DNA from: Sphaerodactylus townsendi
Lineage: Eukaryota
Assembly: GCF_021028975.2 (NCBI RefSeq)
Contig: NC_059430.1
Coordinates: 31,992,001-32,056,000 of the forward strand
DNA length: 64,000 nt
Direction of reading: 5' to 3'
A program made the translations under genes and the position numbers. This document shows positions 24,931 to 37,985 of this stretch, piece by piece. The notes beneath the pieces are model-generated. The model ran no database searches, was not told the origin of the DNA, and saw nothing but the letters and a program-made list of their open reading frames with translations. Each line of letters starts with the position of its first letter. Position 1 is the stretch's first letter.

Positions 24931-27569
24931 AGGAGGCTTCCAGGACCATCACTCCACACTTTAAACCCAGGTTTTCTTCTGATCTTCATATTTCAAAAGA
25001 TAATGAAAGGGTTCCTTCTGTTCCTTTTCTCCTAGCTTGGATGTGTATGACTATAGAGGTAACACCAAACACAAATAATCTCCCAGGCTGTAAACACTCC
25101 TCTCAATTGTAATCCATAGTGCCCTTTGATATTACCTTGCTCCAAAAGGATGGATAACTTGAAAAGTTTGCATCTGCCAAGCACTGCCAGAGCTCCTCCT
25201 TCTAGAGAGTCAAGGATCTCCTGACAGCTGAAAAATTAGCCAAGGGGGCCAGCCTTTGTTGTTCTTTCTGTTAATTGTAATGGAAGCAGCCCCTGGAGAA
25301 GTCTGCAAAGTTATGCTATATTTGACTAATATGTGTCTGTGTAAGAACCTTATGTACAAACAGGGGAAAGAGTGCTCCCTTGTGGTTGCAAATTGTGTCT
25401 GAGAAGGTAAGTAGGCGTGCATCATGCTAGACAATTGTTCTGTCAATTATGCTTTTTACAACTTAAAAGGATACTTCTGCAATAAAAAAAACCTACAGTT
25501 GCATCTTCTGTGCAAAAGATCCTTTATTTTCTTATCACCATGGGCTGGAACAATCCCAGCAGCCTGCAGGACATAAGAGTCAAGGCATTCTATGTTGCAG
25601 TTATGGAGTCCAGCACTACACTGAGTCAAAATCCTTTGGTGGGGGAGGAAGAAACATAGTGACTGATTGGAAAATCTTTGCAGATTTTTATTTCTGTTTA
25701 ACTGACACAATTACTATTTCTTTTAAACTGGCAGTTCATCCTAAGCAGAGTTGCCTTTTCTAAGTCCATTGAAGGAAATGGGTTTGGAAGCATGCAACTC
25801 TTCTTGAAACAGCACTGTAGATATCTTGTTTTACAGGGTCCATTGACGTGATAGGCCTTGATCACTCCCACTTGCTAATTGTGGCACAGTGCATTCATTT
25901 TCTTATTTATGTTCTTAATTATTAGTCCATCTTTCTTGTTGAGACTCAAGGCAGAACACAAAATTTTAAAGATCATGGCAATAGAACGGTATAATATATG
26001 CAATAGATAACAGAATAAACAGTCCAAAAATTTGAATCTACCATCTAATTAAATGCTGTTATAGATGCTGGCTGTAGACATTTGATTGGCCGCCTAGTTC
26101 TATTGCTCTATAATTAATTCCTAGGGGCAGAAAATGTCAAGGATCATGGGGAGAAGCTAAATATACCTGAGCGGGTGGGGTGGGGTAGCTTTGAAAAAGT
26201 TGGTAGGACTTTAAGAAGAAAAAATAAGGCACTCCAGGCAACAGTATTATTCAAAGTAACCTCCCCCCGCCCCCAAGTGCAATCCATTCCATATAGTAAC
26301 TTGGGCAAGTTAAATACAATAAGCTCCACTGGTTTCAGTGTGATTTATATATGACTAACTTTAGCAAGATCTTCTTCTCTCCAGTTTAGCCAGAGTTCAA
26401 AAGACAGAATTGCACTTTTTTCCACAATAACACAAGCTCTTTTCCTTGCTTTAGATGTTCATTTCAGTGTTTACTGTAAATAATGCTCACCTGCTACTTC
26501 TAAAGCTGATGAGTTCCAGCCTGCATACATGACACAGCCATTTCATAGAGATTTTTTTTGGTCTTGTACACAAAGGAGGCAATTTTATGAATAATGAATA
26601 TATCTGCTTCAGAGACTGAAAAAGGTAGTGTGGTGTTGTTCACAGTTAATACTTCCCTCTGCAAGAAACGAAAATATTAACAGGTTTTAATGTACACGTT
26701 CCATATCCTTTCCTACCAAAAGTTCCAAGTGTGGTCAGCAGTGCTCCGGAAGAAGAGAGAGTACTGTGCTTCTGCAGTAGAAAATAGTCCCTTAGTTTTT
26801 TGAGGGGCAGGGTTGGGGAAAGGGTTTGGGAGTGCTGTTGCCAGGCCCAGCTTGGTGTTTGGGGTGGGGAGGAAGTGCCCATGGATCAATTCACAGTTCT
26901 TATATCTTTCAGTGGGACAGAGTATAGTACCGAGCAAAAAACTGCAGAATGATATCTGCATTAGGCTGTTGCAAAAACGTGAACAGGAGTCTTGGAGCAT
27001 ATTTAAGACTAACAAATGTCATTCTATCAGAACACAAAAAGCTCCATTGGGCAAGCTTATGTATATAGTATAGGAAATGCCCTCTCAGATTGTAATATTG
27101 AAACTTTTGCATAATGTTATTGTAAATCAGATATTAACCTAAGCAACATGGTTCCCTTTTCACATTATGCATTTCTTATTTTTAAAAAGTCTTTAAAGAC
27201 CTGGTCCCCCCTTAGCTAGTTTTCCTAATGGAGTAGTGTGAAAATCTATTTTAAAGGGGGGAGAAAGAGGAAGAGCCAATTTTTATCTGATTTTTACAGT
27301 GTAACTGAATGCCCAACTTCCAGTTTCTTCCCATGGCCTAGTACATTGTTAGCTTCTCCTGTTACACTGATGTAAATTACAGTTAAACATTACAAACCCT
27401 TGTTTTTTAAGGCTCACCTTTACTCTCTGGGGAAACTATTGTTATTGTGTAACAGAGAACTGACTACATGCTATCTTGAAAAAGACTCTTCATGGGGGTC
27501 CTCCATGTTGTTCCAGTCCAGTTTACCTCATAAGTTGCTTTTTCTGTGCCCACAATATGAGACATCTCT

Positions 27570-27790
27570 GCTACCAACTTCCAGGTGGTGACTGAAGATC
27601 TCCCACTATTACCACTGATCTCCAGGTGAAAGAGATAAGTTCACTTGGAGAAAATGGCCACTTTGGAAGATAGGTTCCATAGCATTATACACCATTGAAG
27701 TCCTGTCTCTCCCCTCCTTAAACCCTGCCCTCCTCAAGCTCCACCCTCAAAATGTTCAGGTATTTCCCAACCTGGAGCTGGCAACCCTAG
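27570..27790. mobile_element. DNA-transposon-derived repeat with TAGGGTTGCCA-type ends; related copies at 29080-30000 (split) and 30121-30322
   Basis: Ends ctggcaaccctag; shares an internal ggagatcagttg/aaaatggc core with the other copies. Confidence 0.6.
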
Positions 27791-28283
27791 CTATAGGGTA
27801 TGCTGTCATCTTCAGGGTAAGCAGTACATATGTTACCCCAATTAGGGAACAGGATAAGCTACCTGTTCCTGTTGAGGAAGTTGAAGAAATTGACAAGAGG
27901 CAAGGGATCTTAAAATAGTTGGCAAGGATGGTACAGGTTGCAGAAGCACCCGGGAGGGAGAATCAGCTTTTATTTTAAAAACTGCCTCTTTTATAGAAAA
28001 ACTTCACCTGATAAGCCATTTAATTCCCATACATCACAGAATCCCTGACATCTTAAAATAACATACAAAACATAATGTTCTTCCATCTGCCTGTGTCTTT
28101 ACAGATACATATTACTTTTGGGGACTCAGTTGTTTTTCTTTGGTAATTCTCATAAGCACTTGTTACAGATCAATCACCTCTTTACTACAGACCCATCTCT
28201 TTACTACAGACATCAAACCCAAGGTTAATTATAAGGAAAACATCATAGCAGGTCTTCTCCATTTCATTCAGGCAAGGTTCCCC

Positions 28284-28470
28284 NNNNNNNNNNNNNNNNN
28301 NNNNNNNNNNNNNNNNNNNNNNNNNNNNNNNNNNNNNNNNNNNNNNNNNNNNNNNNNNNNNNNNNNNNNNNNNNNNNNNNNNNNNNNNNNNNNNNNNNNN
28401 NNNNNNNNNNNNNNNNNNNNNNNNNNNNNNNNNNNNNNNNNNNNNNNNNNNNNNNNNNNNNNNNNNNNNN
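28284..28470. other. Assembly gap, 187 N
   Basis: Run of N. Confidence 1.
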
Positions 28471-30839
28471 TGAGAATCTGGAATTTCTCATTTCTAAAAG
28501 TGCGTAGCTACAAGTGACTAATAAATGCGAGCAATTAATATAACATGGAAAAATTAATAAATGCAATTTGATATAAGTAATTAATAAATGCAATAAATTT
28601 GTGGTGATAACACATATACTAACATCTGTACACCAGATCATTTTGTTTGCCATTCAAGACCAGACCTCTAATCCAGTAAGAAGGCCTCTGACAGCACTGC
28701 TGATGGTATGAAAGTAGGCCCCAGGCATGGTTTATGCTCATCATCACCTCTTAGACATGCACAGCCATTGGATACATCTAAGTTGAATCTCTGAAATGCT
28801 GGCTGAGCCAATGCAGTTTTGGTTGCTCCAGACATGTCTGACCAGGTGCAACCCTGATGCCCTGCCTTTTGTTTGCTGACTCATGAACATCTTCGCAGGT
28901 AGATGTTGCAAGTTTTTTCAGCACTAGAACAAAAAATAAATGTTTGTTTTAATAGCCTCCTCACAGCAACACAGTAATGCTGATGATGAGCACTGTATTC
29001 CTGGTTTATAAATAACTGTTGGTTTTCATGTTGTGCCATTTCTATGTTCTATAGTGTTTTTGCTTTGTATTGAGGCCAGATAGATTTGCCAGCTCCAGGA
29101 GAAATTCTTGGAGATTTTGGGTTGAAGTGTAGGAAAAGCAGGGTTTGGGGAGGGATAGTTACCATGCTACCAGGGTAACTTTTATGATTTCAGTGATTTC
29201 AGCTCTTGGTAGCGCAGAGGAACACAAATCGGGACCCAACACAGCAAGTATAGTAAAATAGTAAAAAGACTCTTTATTGAGATGCAGACCTAAGTGTTTG
29301 CACCTCCATTCTACAGCAACTGCGCTGCCTAGCAGCTTTACAAGGCATTTTAAACACTTTTTCCCGCTGGGAAAAACCGGGAGAACACGGTACAACCCAC
29401 CACCATTCATTAACAAAATCAAGAACCAATCACATTCCAGAAGGCAGTTCCTTCTTAAATTTCGCGGGGGATGCAGAGCAAGGTGCTGATGTAGGCGCGG
29501 TCAAGTCCAAGGCGGGAAAAACACAAAGGATTTACTGGGTGATGAGATCAGGAAACGAAACCTAAGGGTGCAGCACCCCTTATCCGCTGGGTGATGAGAT
29601 TAAGGCAGGCTGTCTTCTGGGGTTTCCTTTGTTACAGGTCTGATCTCAGCTTTGTGAATGAAAGGGACACACCAAGGTGGGGCAGGGCTGGGCTACAGCC
29701 AGCATTTCTGCCTTGAAGAGAGGAGGATTTATACAAATGCCAAACAAAATCCCACCTTCTAATACAGAAACTATTTCTATCTAAACTGCAGAAAAATAAA
29801 GCTTCATTTTATTTGAAAATAAGAATCAGAAATGGATTTCTTTATTTCTGACACCGCTATCAGGATCTCTCACCAGATATAATGCCATATAGTTTTCGTT
29901 CCAAAACAACCATTTTCTCCAGGGGAGAGATATATGTCTTCCAGAGATCAGTTGCAATTCTAGGAAAACACCAGGTCGCACCTGGAAGCTGGGAACTCTA
30001 GTGTAGCTCTGCTGATTTCATCATAGATATCACAAAGAAAAAACTCACAAAGAAAAAAGCTGTCACAAAGAAAAAGATATCACAAAGAAAAAAATTATAT
30101 CATGAAATCAATGAAGCTAACTAAGGCTGCCAACTTTGGGTCGTGGCATTCCTGGAGATTTGGGGGTGCTTTAGGGTGGCTTTGGGAGAGGAGAAGGACT
30201 TTATTGCAGTATAATGCTAAAGAATCCCCCCTCCAAAGCAGCAGAGGGAACAGATCTTGCTGTTGTCTGGAGATCAGTTGTAACTCTGAGACATTGCCAG
30301 GCCCCCAGTCTTAGCAACCCTAGGACTAATTGTGGATCTGGCCCATTTGATAGAATACGCAGACATAAAGATAACCCTCCTAAATCAGACCAGTGGTCCT
30401 TCTAGTCATATATCCTGTTTCACAGTTGCCAACCAGTTACTCCTTAGGGCCAATGACTCAGAGAGACCAAGGCGTTCCCGCAAATAAACTGATCGTGACG
30501 CTTTTTTTTTGAGCAAAGATATTGTGGGATTACCTACTGCAAAAGGAAACATGCACTGTTAATCCACTGAGCCGTGGAGATGTTTTGATTTGTCTTGTGT
30601 CCTATTCAGATCAAAAGGCAGAGCTGCAGACAGCTAAATGCCTACAACAATCCTTTCCTGTAACTATTTCCTCCGCTACACCAACAGCGCTTTCTTTTGA
30701 AACTTCCAGCAAGAGCTGAACTACGATTTGGGCGCATTTCTTTCTGTTGCGTTTCTGGTGAAACGTGTGCATTTCTATTTTTCTAAGTAGTCTGTGCAGT
30801 AGAGGACTGCAACTTGGCAATACTGTTCATTCACACCAA

Positions 30840-31385
30840 TTACGGACGGACCATGAAGGGTACTATGAGGGGGGAGAAGCGAAGCGGCTCTTTTGGCGGG
30901 AAGAGCCTTGCGCGGCGGGAGGAGCGCCAAGTGCACAACGCGCCCTCCGTTCGGCAGAGCAGGGGGAGGATGGAGCGGTGGCAGGAAGGGCGGCGCGCGG
31001 GGTCGCTTCCTGGATGCGGAACAAAGCGGAAGCGGTAACCGGCCTGCGCGCGACCCTCCTCTTAGCACAGGAGGGGGTTCCTCTGGGGTCGGCGGGGGCG
31101 CGCTTCTTTCCTGGCGCCGCGGTGGCCCGCGAGGAGGCGGTGGCGGTGGCTGAGGCTGGAGGCGGCTCCGAGGGCCGCTTTGGGCTGCGGTGGGAGGCTC
31201 GGCCGGGGCGGAGAGGAGCACCTTCCGGCTGCTGGGAGGCCGAGGGGGAGACCAGATGAGGAGGAGGAAGAGGAGGAGGCTGCCGTCGCCGCCGGGTCTG
31301 TCCCCTGCCCGGTTACTCCAGGCAGATGCATCACAGGTGAGAGAAGGCGGTGTGGGGCGGTGGGTAGAGCGCCTGCCGGATATCA
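30840..31385 (+). promoter_or_regulatory. PRDM4: CpG island, PRDM4 promoter and 5' UTR
   Basis: Very GC- and CpG-rich; E2F-like TTTTGGCGGGAA at 30891; contains the first coding exon. Confidence 0.85.
31326..31336 (+). CDS. PRDM4: PRDM4 coding exon 1 (MHHR)
   Basis: ATGCATCACAG|gtgaga; matches the MHHR start of vertebrate PRDM4, and its phase fits exon 2. Confidence 0.85.
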
Positions 31386-31489
31386 CTGAGCACCTGTCAG
31401 ATGTTACTGAGAAGTACCTCACAGGAGGGTTGTGAAGATGGAATGGAGAAGGGAGGGGGGGGGCCTTGTACACTCTAGGAGGTCTTGGG

Positions 31490-31745
31490 GGTGAAGAGAC
31501 AGCAGCCGGGCATCACTCCACTATGCCTGGATCCCCCTCCACCGGATTGCCTCTTCCTCCAAGTTTTTAAATGCCATCAGCAAGGGCAGACGATGAAGAG
31601 GCAGCAGCCAGACATCACTCCATCATGCCTGGATCCACCTTCAGCTAGGTGCCACCTCCTCCCACCTATTAAATGCCATCAGCAAGGGCTGTAGGGTAAA
31701 GGAGCCGCAGCCAAGCATCCTTCCACCGTGCCTAGACCTACACTC
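31490..31745. repeat. ~101-bp tandem repeat, about 2.5 copies, in PRDM4 intron 1
   Basis: Repeated gaagag.cagcagcc...catcactcca...tgcctggatcc...ttaaatgccatcagcaaggg. Confidence 0.75.
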
Positions 31746-32552
31746 CGCTAATGCAGAAGGAGGGTGGTAGGTAGAGTATTTTTTTTTTAACTTTCTGCTC
31801 CTTTATATAGCAGTCCAACAATTCTTGGCCAACCATCAAGCTCCTAAGGTGATTTGTGGCACTAACCTACCTCCCCAGGTTTCTGTGGCCATAAAATTGA
31901 AAGGCTGTGCTGTGTATACTGCTTTAGGGGAAGAGTGTGTATGTAGTGTGTATGTGGAATTGCCCAGGGCTCTTATTTCGAATATTTGAATTAGGATGTC
32001 TAAAGTAATATGTATTTAGGACACTTTATACCACCTTTCCTCCAATGAGCTCAGGGCAGCCTACATAATTTTCTTCTCCTGAATTTTATCCTCAACAGTC
32101 CCCTGAGAGAGTGGCTGGCCCAAGGTCATCCAGCAAGCTTCATGGCTGAACAGGGATTTGAACTGAGAGCTTGCCATTTATTATGTTGTTTTGCTGACTT
32201 GATATGCCTCTGAGTGCGTTGGAGCGTCTTTCCCTCATTGTTTGAATAAACACAGCCTGTGGAGTAACATAATTGGTGATCTTGTAGGCAAAATGAGCTT
32301 GTAGCATCTTGGTTCTGCTTTGCTTATTGGGCAGCATTTTTTATCTTTGATTTTTGATATACAAACTTTTGCATGCCAACAGGATCACATGATTGCACAC
32401 AATGCCAGCTGACCTGAACTCCTAAGAGAAAAATTGGGATGAAATTTCTAAGCAAAAGTGCAAGATGTTGTTCATATAAATCCACTATTCCTGTTTACCA
32501 GGATCAGTTCCTATTTTCTTGTACCTCTTCCTGGTAAATTTCTGCCCATTTT

Positions 32553-32690
32553 GCCCCACCCACCTCACAGGGTGTTTGTCGTGAGGGGGGAAGGGCAAGG
32601 AGATTGTAAGCCCCTTTAAGTCTCCTACAGGAGAGAAAGGGGGGATATACATCCAACCTCCTCCTCCTCTTCTTCTTTTTCTTCTTCTCT
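32553..32690 (+). mobile_element. SINE 3' fragment (Squam3-like)
   Basis: Matches the 3' half of the 59324 copy, including the tail. Confidence 0.8.
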
Positions 32691-35049
32691 TTTTAATGTT
32701 GCTAATGTGAATTGCTTGAATGGTGAGGATTCAGCTGCTTCCTTGGAGTCTCTAGAAGTTAAATCTCTGTGTGTGGAGGGACACAACTTGCTTAAAATGC
32801 ATATAAACCCACTCATGAATGTGCCATTTAGTGCACAGCCTGCTATTTTGCACACCCCTAGAAGTCAGGTTGAACTGGTGATAACAGATTATTGGACAAT
32901 TGTGTTTTTCAAGCATATCTTCACCACCTTAATGTCTAAAATTCTGCAGGGCAGGCTGTTACAAGTAGGTGAATTATATGGAGTAGAGCCCTCAAGCAAC
33001 TTGTACGATGGGGGGAGACCTCAGTCTGTAGTGTTTAATATGAGAATATAGGGCTGTTAAAGTATGTCCCTGCCCATGAACTGTTGGAGGTATGCTGCTA
33101 TAGTTTGAATTCAAAAAGTTTAATTACAAGCAAGGAATAACCTAAGATGTTTCAACAAATATTCAACTGAAACTAGTTGATTAGTGCAGCTGATGCAAAT
33201 GGTCATGATAATTCTTACACCATATTTAGAAAATGTGATAAAGCTTAGAACTATATATCTGCACATTCAGACTGTGGCCTGTGGACCAATGGGGATATGT
33301 GAGATAAGGGAAGCCTCCTGCTGAGCTTGGTGCAGGTACAGTGTGATGAGGGTACCAAAAGCATCCAGAGTGAAGCAGGCAGGGTCCAGTTCTACTCTGA
33401 AGTCTGATGCTCTAATGACAGTAGTCATACATCTTGGGGATCTTTAAGCTCTCCAGTTTATGGATCTCCAGATTGAAGAATTACTTCACCCCATGCCTTT
33501 TGTTCCTTCTGCACAGGTATTTGTTGGTATATTATAGGCCTTATATTGAATGGATCACCCATTTTGATTACACATCACTTACTTTGCTGCTTAGTGTCCC
33601 ACTGACATATTTATATGGAAAACCTGCTGTTTTCCATATGAGGTCCTATGGGTAAAGAGGTGTATTTTGTTATCATTCTCGGGACATTATAGTTTGCAAG
33701 TAATGTTTTGTAAGAAACCAGTTTAATGTGGAAACAGATGTAGGAATACAGCTGTCAACCTCTGAATCGATCATTTGTGATTTTGTTTCAGCAAAATAAC
33801 ATCATCTTTCTTTTAATTTCTGTCAAGAATGTATGTGTGTGTTTCAGTCTTACCTGTACTTCTCCCTAATAGAGACCCAAAGCAGAAAATAAGATAAATA
33901 AGAGAGCATTTAATTATTCTGTTATATTCCTTCTTGCAACAATATTTTAAATGTATGTGGCCTCCCTCATTTTTCCTTTACTTTTGCTTAAATGATGGGC
34001 AGCCCAATTTGGGGTGTGGGGATGGGCAAAGGGGCTCCTGAAAGTGGTGCAGAGCTTTGCTGGCACGTTTGCCCACGTTGCTGGCATAAGTGGCATGCTG
34101 GTGGGGAGAGCAAACATGGAGGCAGCTAAGCGCCTCTGCTTCCCTCTCTGTGGGGAAAAGAGCCATTCACTATGATGGTGTATCAGAGGCCGGAGAGGCA
34201 GACTTTGGATGGGTCAGGTGTGGAAGAGGCAGTGCCACCAATTCTCTCCCCCTTCATCCCTGGAAAGCCCATGTCCAAGCGACCTCTGGGGTGGCTGACC
34301 TGAGGGTTGAGCTGAAATGATGACAGCAGCAATGAAAGTATTCCTTCTAGCAGGATGGTGGGCAGAATGGCCAGGAGAGGAGAGGGAAGGGGACAAGTGA
34401 AGCGTACAGGAAGAGCAGTGATGAAAGGATGGGTGGTGGGGAGGTCAGATTGAGGAAGGGGGTAACTGGAGGGCAAGGTGGAGATCAGTGTTGGGGCAAG
34501 GAGGGAGAAGAAGTAGGGTGTTGGAAGAAAAATATGGGAGGAAGCAGTGGGAGGAAAAGGTAAAGAAGGTGACTGGGGGTGTCAGAGGAGAAAGCTGGGA
34601 CCAGTAGGGGAATTTTTTCCTGAGTTTCTCATGGGTCCCCTCTTCTCAAACTGTCTGATTTCATTTTCTCCATAGAGGACGTGATTGTTAGAGCTGCTGC
34701 AAAATGGAGCAAGGGACATACTGGAGGGGATTTCTCTATGAACTGGAAGAAATTCACTGGATTGTAGAAAATCTGAGATCTTAAAAATAATTTGTTGGTG
34801 AATTAAAACTCCCAAAATAATAGGGAAAGATATGTTCTTTTAACTGAAGAATGCTCATGGAACCCTTAGCGACTGATTGGGGTTGCTAAGCAACCGCAAT
34901 AATATTGGCGACGTTTCTTCTATGCTGTCATGTTCCCTGATGGAGGAGGACTCAGTCAGTGGTGACTACCAGAAATTCATTACCTACACAAGTAGGTCTA
35001 GCCTGGCCCAGTGGGCACTATGCAGCTTAGCCTGGCAGTAGCCAATATA

Positions 35050-35184
35050 TTGTCGAAGGCTTTCACGGCCGGAATCACTTGGGTGCTGTGTGGTTTCCGG
35101 GCTGTATGGCCGTGTTCTAGCAGCATTCTCTCCTGACGTTTCGCCTGCATCTGTGGCTGGCATCTTCCTCTGAAGATGCAGCCA
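35050..35184 (-). mobile_element. Penelope-like terminal-repeat fragment with a short inversion
   Basis: ttgtcgaaggctttcacggccgg...cctgacgtttcgcctgcatctgtggctggcatcttc; homologous to 37986, 58811 and 62706. Confidence 0.75.
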
Positions 35185-36884
35185 ATATGTTTCTGGGTCC
35201 AGCCATTGCAGAACACATTGTGGTGCTAGCTGCCACACAGCCTGGGCAGACTCTGGGCTGTTCACAATGCTAGCAACAAAGGCTGCCTTGCCAATGGACC
35301 TGGCTAACAAATAGCAACTACCACACAACTTGGGCAGATTTTACCTGGGGAATGGCTGTTGGGATAGGCAATGTGGGAAAGCTGAAGACAGAGGGAGGAT
35401 GGAAATAAAGGTGGGTAGTTTGGTGAGTGGGAAGGAGAAAATGAAGCAGGAAAGGGGGAGACGCTGTTGGGGCTGTCAGGAAAGACAAGGGGCAAATAGT
35501 GGGGGACATGGGAGAAAATAAAGTTCCCTTTTTATATTTGTGAAGTATATCCATGCTGACTTATCCTTGCATATATTGTGACTTATTTTGCAAGCCAGGG
35601 GTGTTAGGCAGACATGTTAGACATAGATTTGTCAGTGGATTTGCATATATGTTTCCTTAATGTTGCAGATCACAACATTTTGTATTGAATTTATTGGTAC
35701 CCTCTAGTGGGAATGCAGGAGTACAGTTGCTTACACTGAAACATGAATGACAATAAAAACACAGGAGGTCATGCACCAAGTGATGCACCAGTTTATCAAA
35801 GATCCGAAGTTTAGCTAAAGATGTGCATTCTGATATTTCCAGTCTGAATATGCATCAAAAATATTTTATAGGTACTATTTGGATATATTCAGTCTCTGAA
35901 TGGTACCCAGATATTGGATCCTGGAAAATTCCAGAAATATTCTGGAGTTATCAGGAATAATGGGAGTCAGCATTTTAAAGCTTCCTGGACTGTTTTTGCC
36001 CTGAATTTTGTTATGTCTCCATCAGTGTCTTCTTTCCTTGTTATCAGCTTGCCAGGTTGACTTGGTGTAGATACTGTGCTTTGAAATTAGTTCTGTGAGT
36101 CTTGCAAGTTGCACATAGTTTTCTTTGCTGAAATTGCCTTGCAGTAGATTCCTGGGTTTGACACTGGCTTGGATTCACTTGTTCAGTAGTGAATTGGATG
36201 CTCTGTTTCAACATTTGATGGGCACGCAACAGCATTTCCTTTTTAACAAAAACAGTTTGACTTGGAGGATTCTCTGGTTTTACATTAGTTTGGATTATGT
36301 TTGTTAGGTTCTTTGAGTTCTTGTTTCTGTTTGCATTGAGAGTGGTTGCTTAAGCTTGCTCTTGAGTGTTCCTGAGCTCCTTGGAGGAATGGTGGGGTAA
36401 AAATGTGGTAGAATTACGAGCCATTGATTATTTGGAGTAATTGAATCTAGTTTAGTTATTTGGAATAATATTTTTTTAAATTCAGGATTTAGTGAGTACG
36501 TATAGTTTACAGAAGAAAGCTTTAATTACATGCTTAGTTGTTTTGCCTTAATGGCACAGAACAAATCTTTTAAACTTAAAATAGGAAAGAAAGCTGATGA
36601 TTAATCAATTAATAATAGTAACCTCTGCAATTAATTCCCTTTAAGGACTTGAACAATAATGTATCACAGTTGAATCTAATCTGCCTGTAGTATGAGTTAT
36701 AAGTTTCTTGTGATTCTTTCACTGTGGTGCAAAAACTCTCGGCATATTGTGTGCCCGTGTGTCTTGTTTTCCTAGTCTGATTGTATAACTACAGTGCCAA
36801 AACCTAAACCAGATAAGGGGCAGTTCTGCGAGCTTCCTTTCCTTGAATATAATTGCTATGCTGTATAATTCCTCTTTCTCCTAG

Positions 36885-37018
36885 GATGAATGAAATGAAT
36901 TTGAGCCCTGTAGGGATGGAGCAACTGGCAGCCTCCTCTGCGAGCAGCGCCCTGACTGTTTCGGGAAGCCACCTGGGTCTGGCTTCCTCCCCAACACACA
37001 ATGCCATATCAACACCAG
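36885..37018 (+). CDS. PRDM4: PRDM4 coding exon 2
   Basis: ctag|G ATG AAT...CCA G|gtaat; [14 protein letters not shown]...THNAISTP. Confidence 0.95.
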
Positions 37019-37405
37019 GTAATGCAAGAACTTTAGGATGAATGTTTTATGTGATTCTTTGTGCTGCCCAAGCTAGCCTAAAGGTGTAGGGTTGATCAAA
37101 TCCAGCTTTAGGAACAGTGGGAGGGTTTGCTTGAAAGAAGCTGATGTTATCTGTAACTCCCTCTCCCATGGTGGTTGGGAGAAGCTTGGCTTCAGGATTC
37201 ATATTAATTTTCAGGCATAAGAACGCTCTTCAAAAACTGCCAAACAAAATGTGGTCAACTTGTGTTGGAAATGCAGGCTCCTATGTTTTTGCTTAGCATA
37301 TGAGGCAATTCCAGTTTCATTAGCAAGGAACTGGCAAGGATGCCTGTTTCAAGGAGCATTTGTTCCATTTTGGAAGCCTAACGTTATGTCAACCTGTCCA
37401 GTGTT

Positions 37406-37442
<37 letters not shown>

Positions 37443-37512
37443 CATAACTTGCTTCACGTGGCTCAGTGTTTACTGTAGTTTCACTCTTCTGTACCTGTTG
37501 TTTTCTTGATAG

Positions 37513-37689
37513 GATTGCCAGTTGCAATTCCAAATCTGGGGCCCTCTTTGCCCTCTGCATTGTCTTTGATGCTTCCAATGGGCATTGGGGATCGAGGAGT
37601 GATGTGTGGTATACCTGAGAGAAATTATACCCTACCTCCACCGCCTTACCCTCATCTTGAAAGCAGCTACTTCAGACACATTCTACCTG
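37513..37689 (+). CDS. PRDM4: PRDM4 coding exon 3
   Basis: [33 protein letters not shown]...YFRHILP; AG/GT bounded. Confidence 0.95.
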
Positions 37690-37985
37690 GTGAGTAATGT
37701 GGTCTGGGGAGGGGCCGGGGGAAGGAAGATTAAGCCAAGTCTTTGGGGTAAGCAAGAATTCTTATAGGAGGGCCACTTTGAAGAGAGGATGGATAGGAGT
37801 GTATTTAAAAACTACTGTAGAAATGATTATTAACTGTAATAGAGTTGTTGTTTGAGCCCCTGCATGTTTGATCTGGATTGTGGGGAAAGGTTGGATATGC
37901 CAGCTTTTGCAGCCATTGTGAATATGCATCCCATTTTTTGTTTCTTATGTTTGAGGCTGCCTAAAATTGCAAAATGCTCATTGTA

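Noticed and set aside
29207-29221. TGGTAGCGCAGAGGA resembling a tRNA-iMet primer-binding site
   Set aside because: Needs a 2-nt insertion to match and is not preceded by an LTR end (CA).
29586-29650. C/D-box snoRNA-like pattern (GTGATGA...CTGA with a short terminal stem)
   Set aside because: Only 65 nt, no evident C'/D' boxes, not in a known intron, and inside a probable repeat insertion. A snoscan or Infernal hit would be needed.
30031-30094. Four copies of CACAAAGAAAAA with short spacers (CRISPR-like look)
   Set aside because: A simple A-rich tandem repeat with spacers of only a few nt, in a vertebrate genome.
30765-31473. Long overlapping ORFs (164 aa on +, 232 aa on -) at the PRDM4 5' end
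   Set aside because: Stop-poor GC-rich CpG island with low-complexity Pro/Arg/Ala translations. The 164-aa + ORF stops at 31257-31259, before the real ATG.
35130-35175. Hammerhead motif on the minus strand
   Set aside because: The CUGANGA core is broken by the inversion junction (reads AGGAAGA), so it is presumed inactive.
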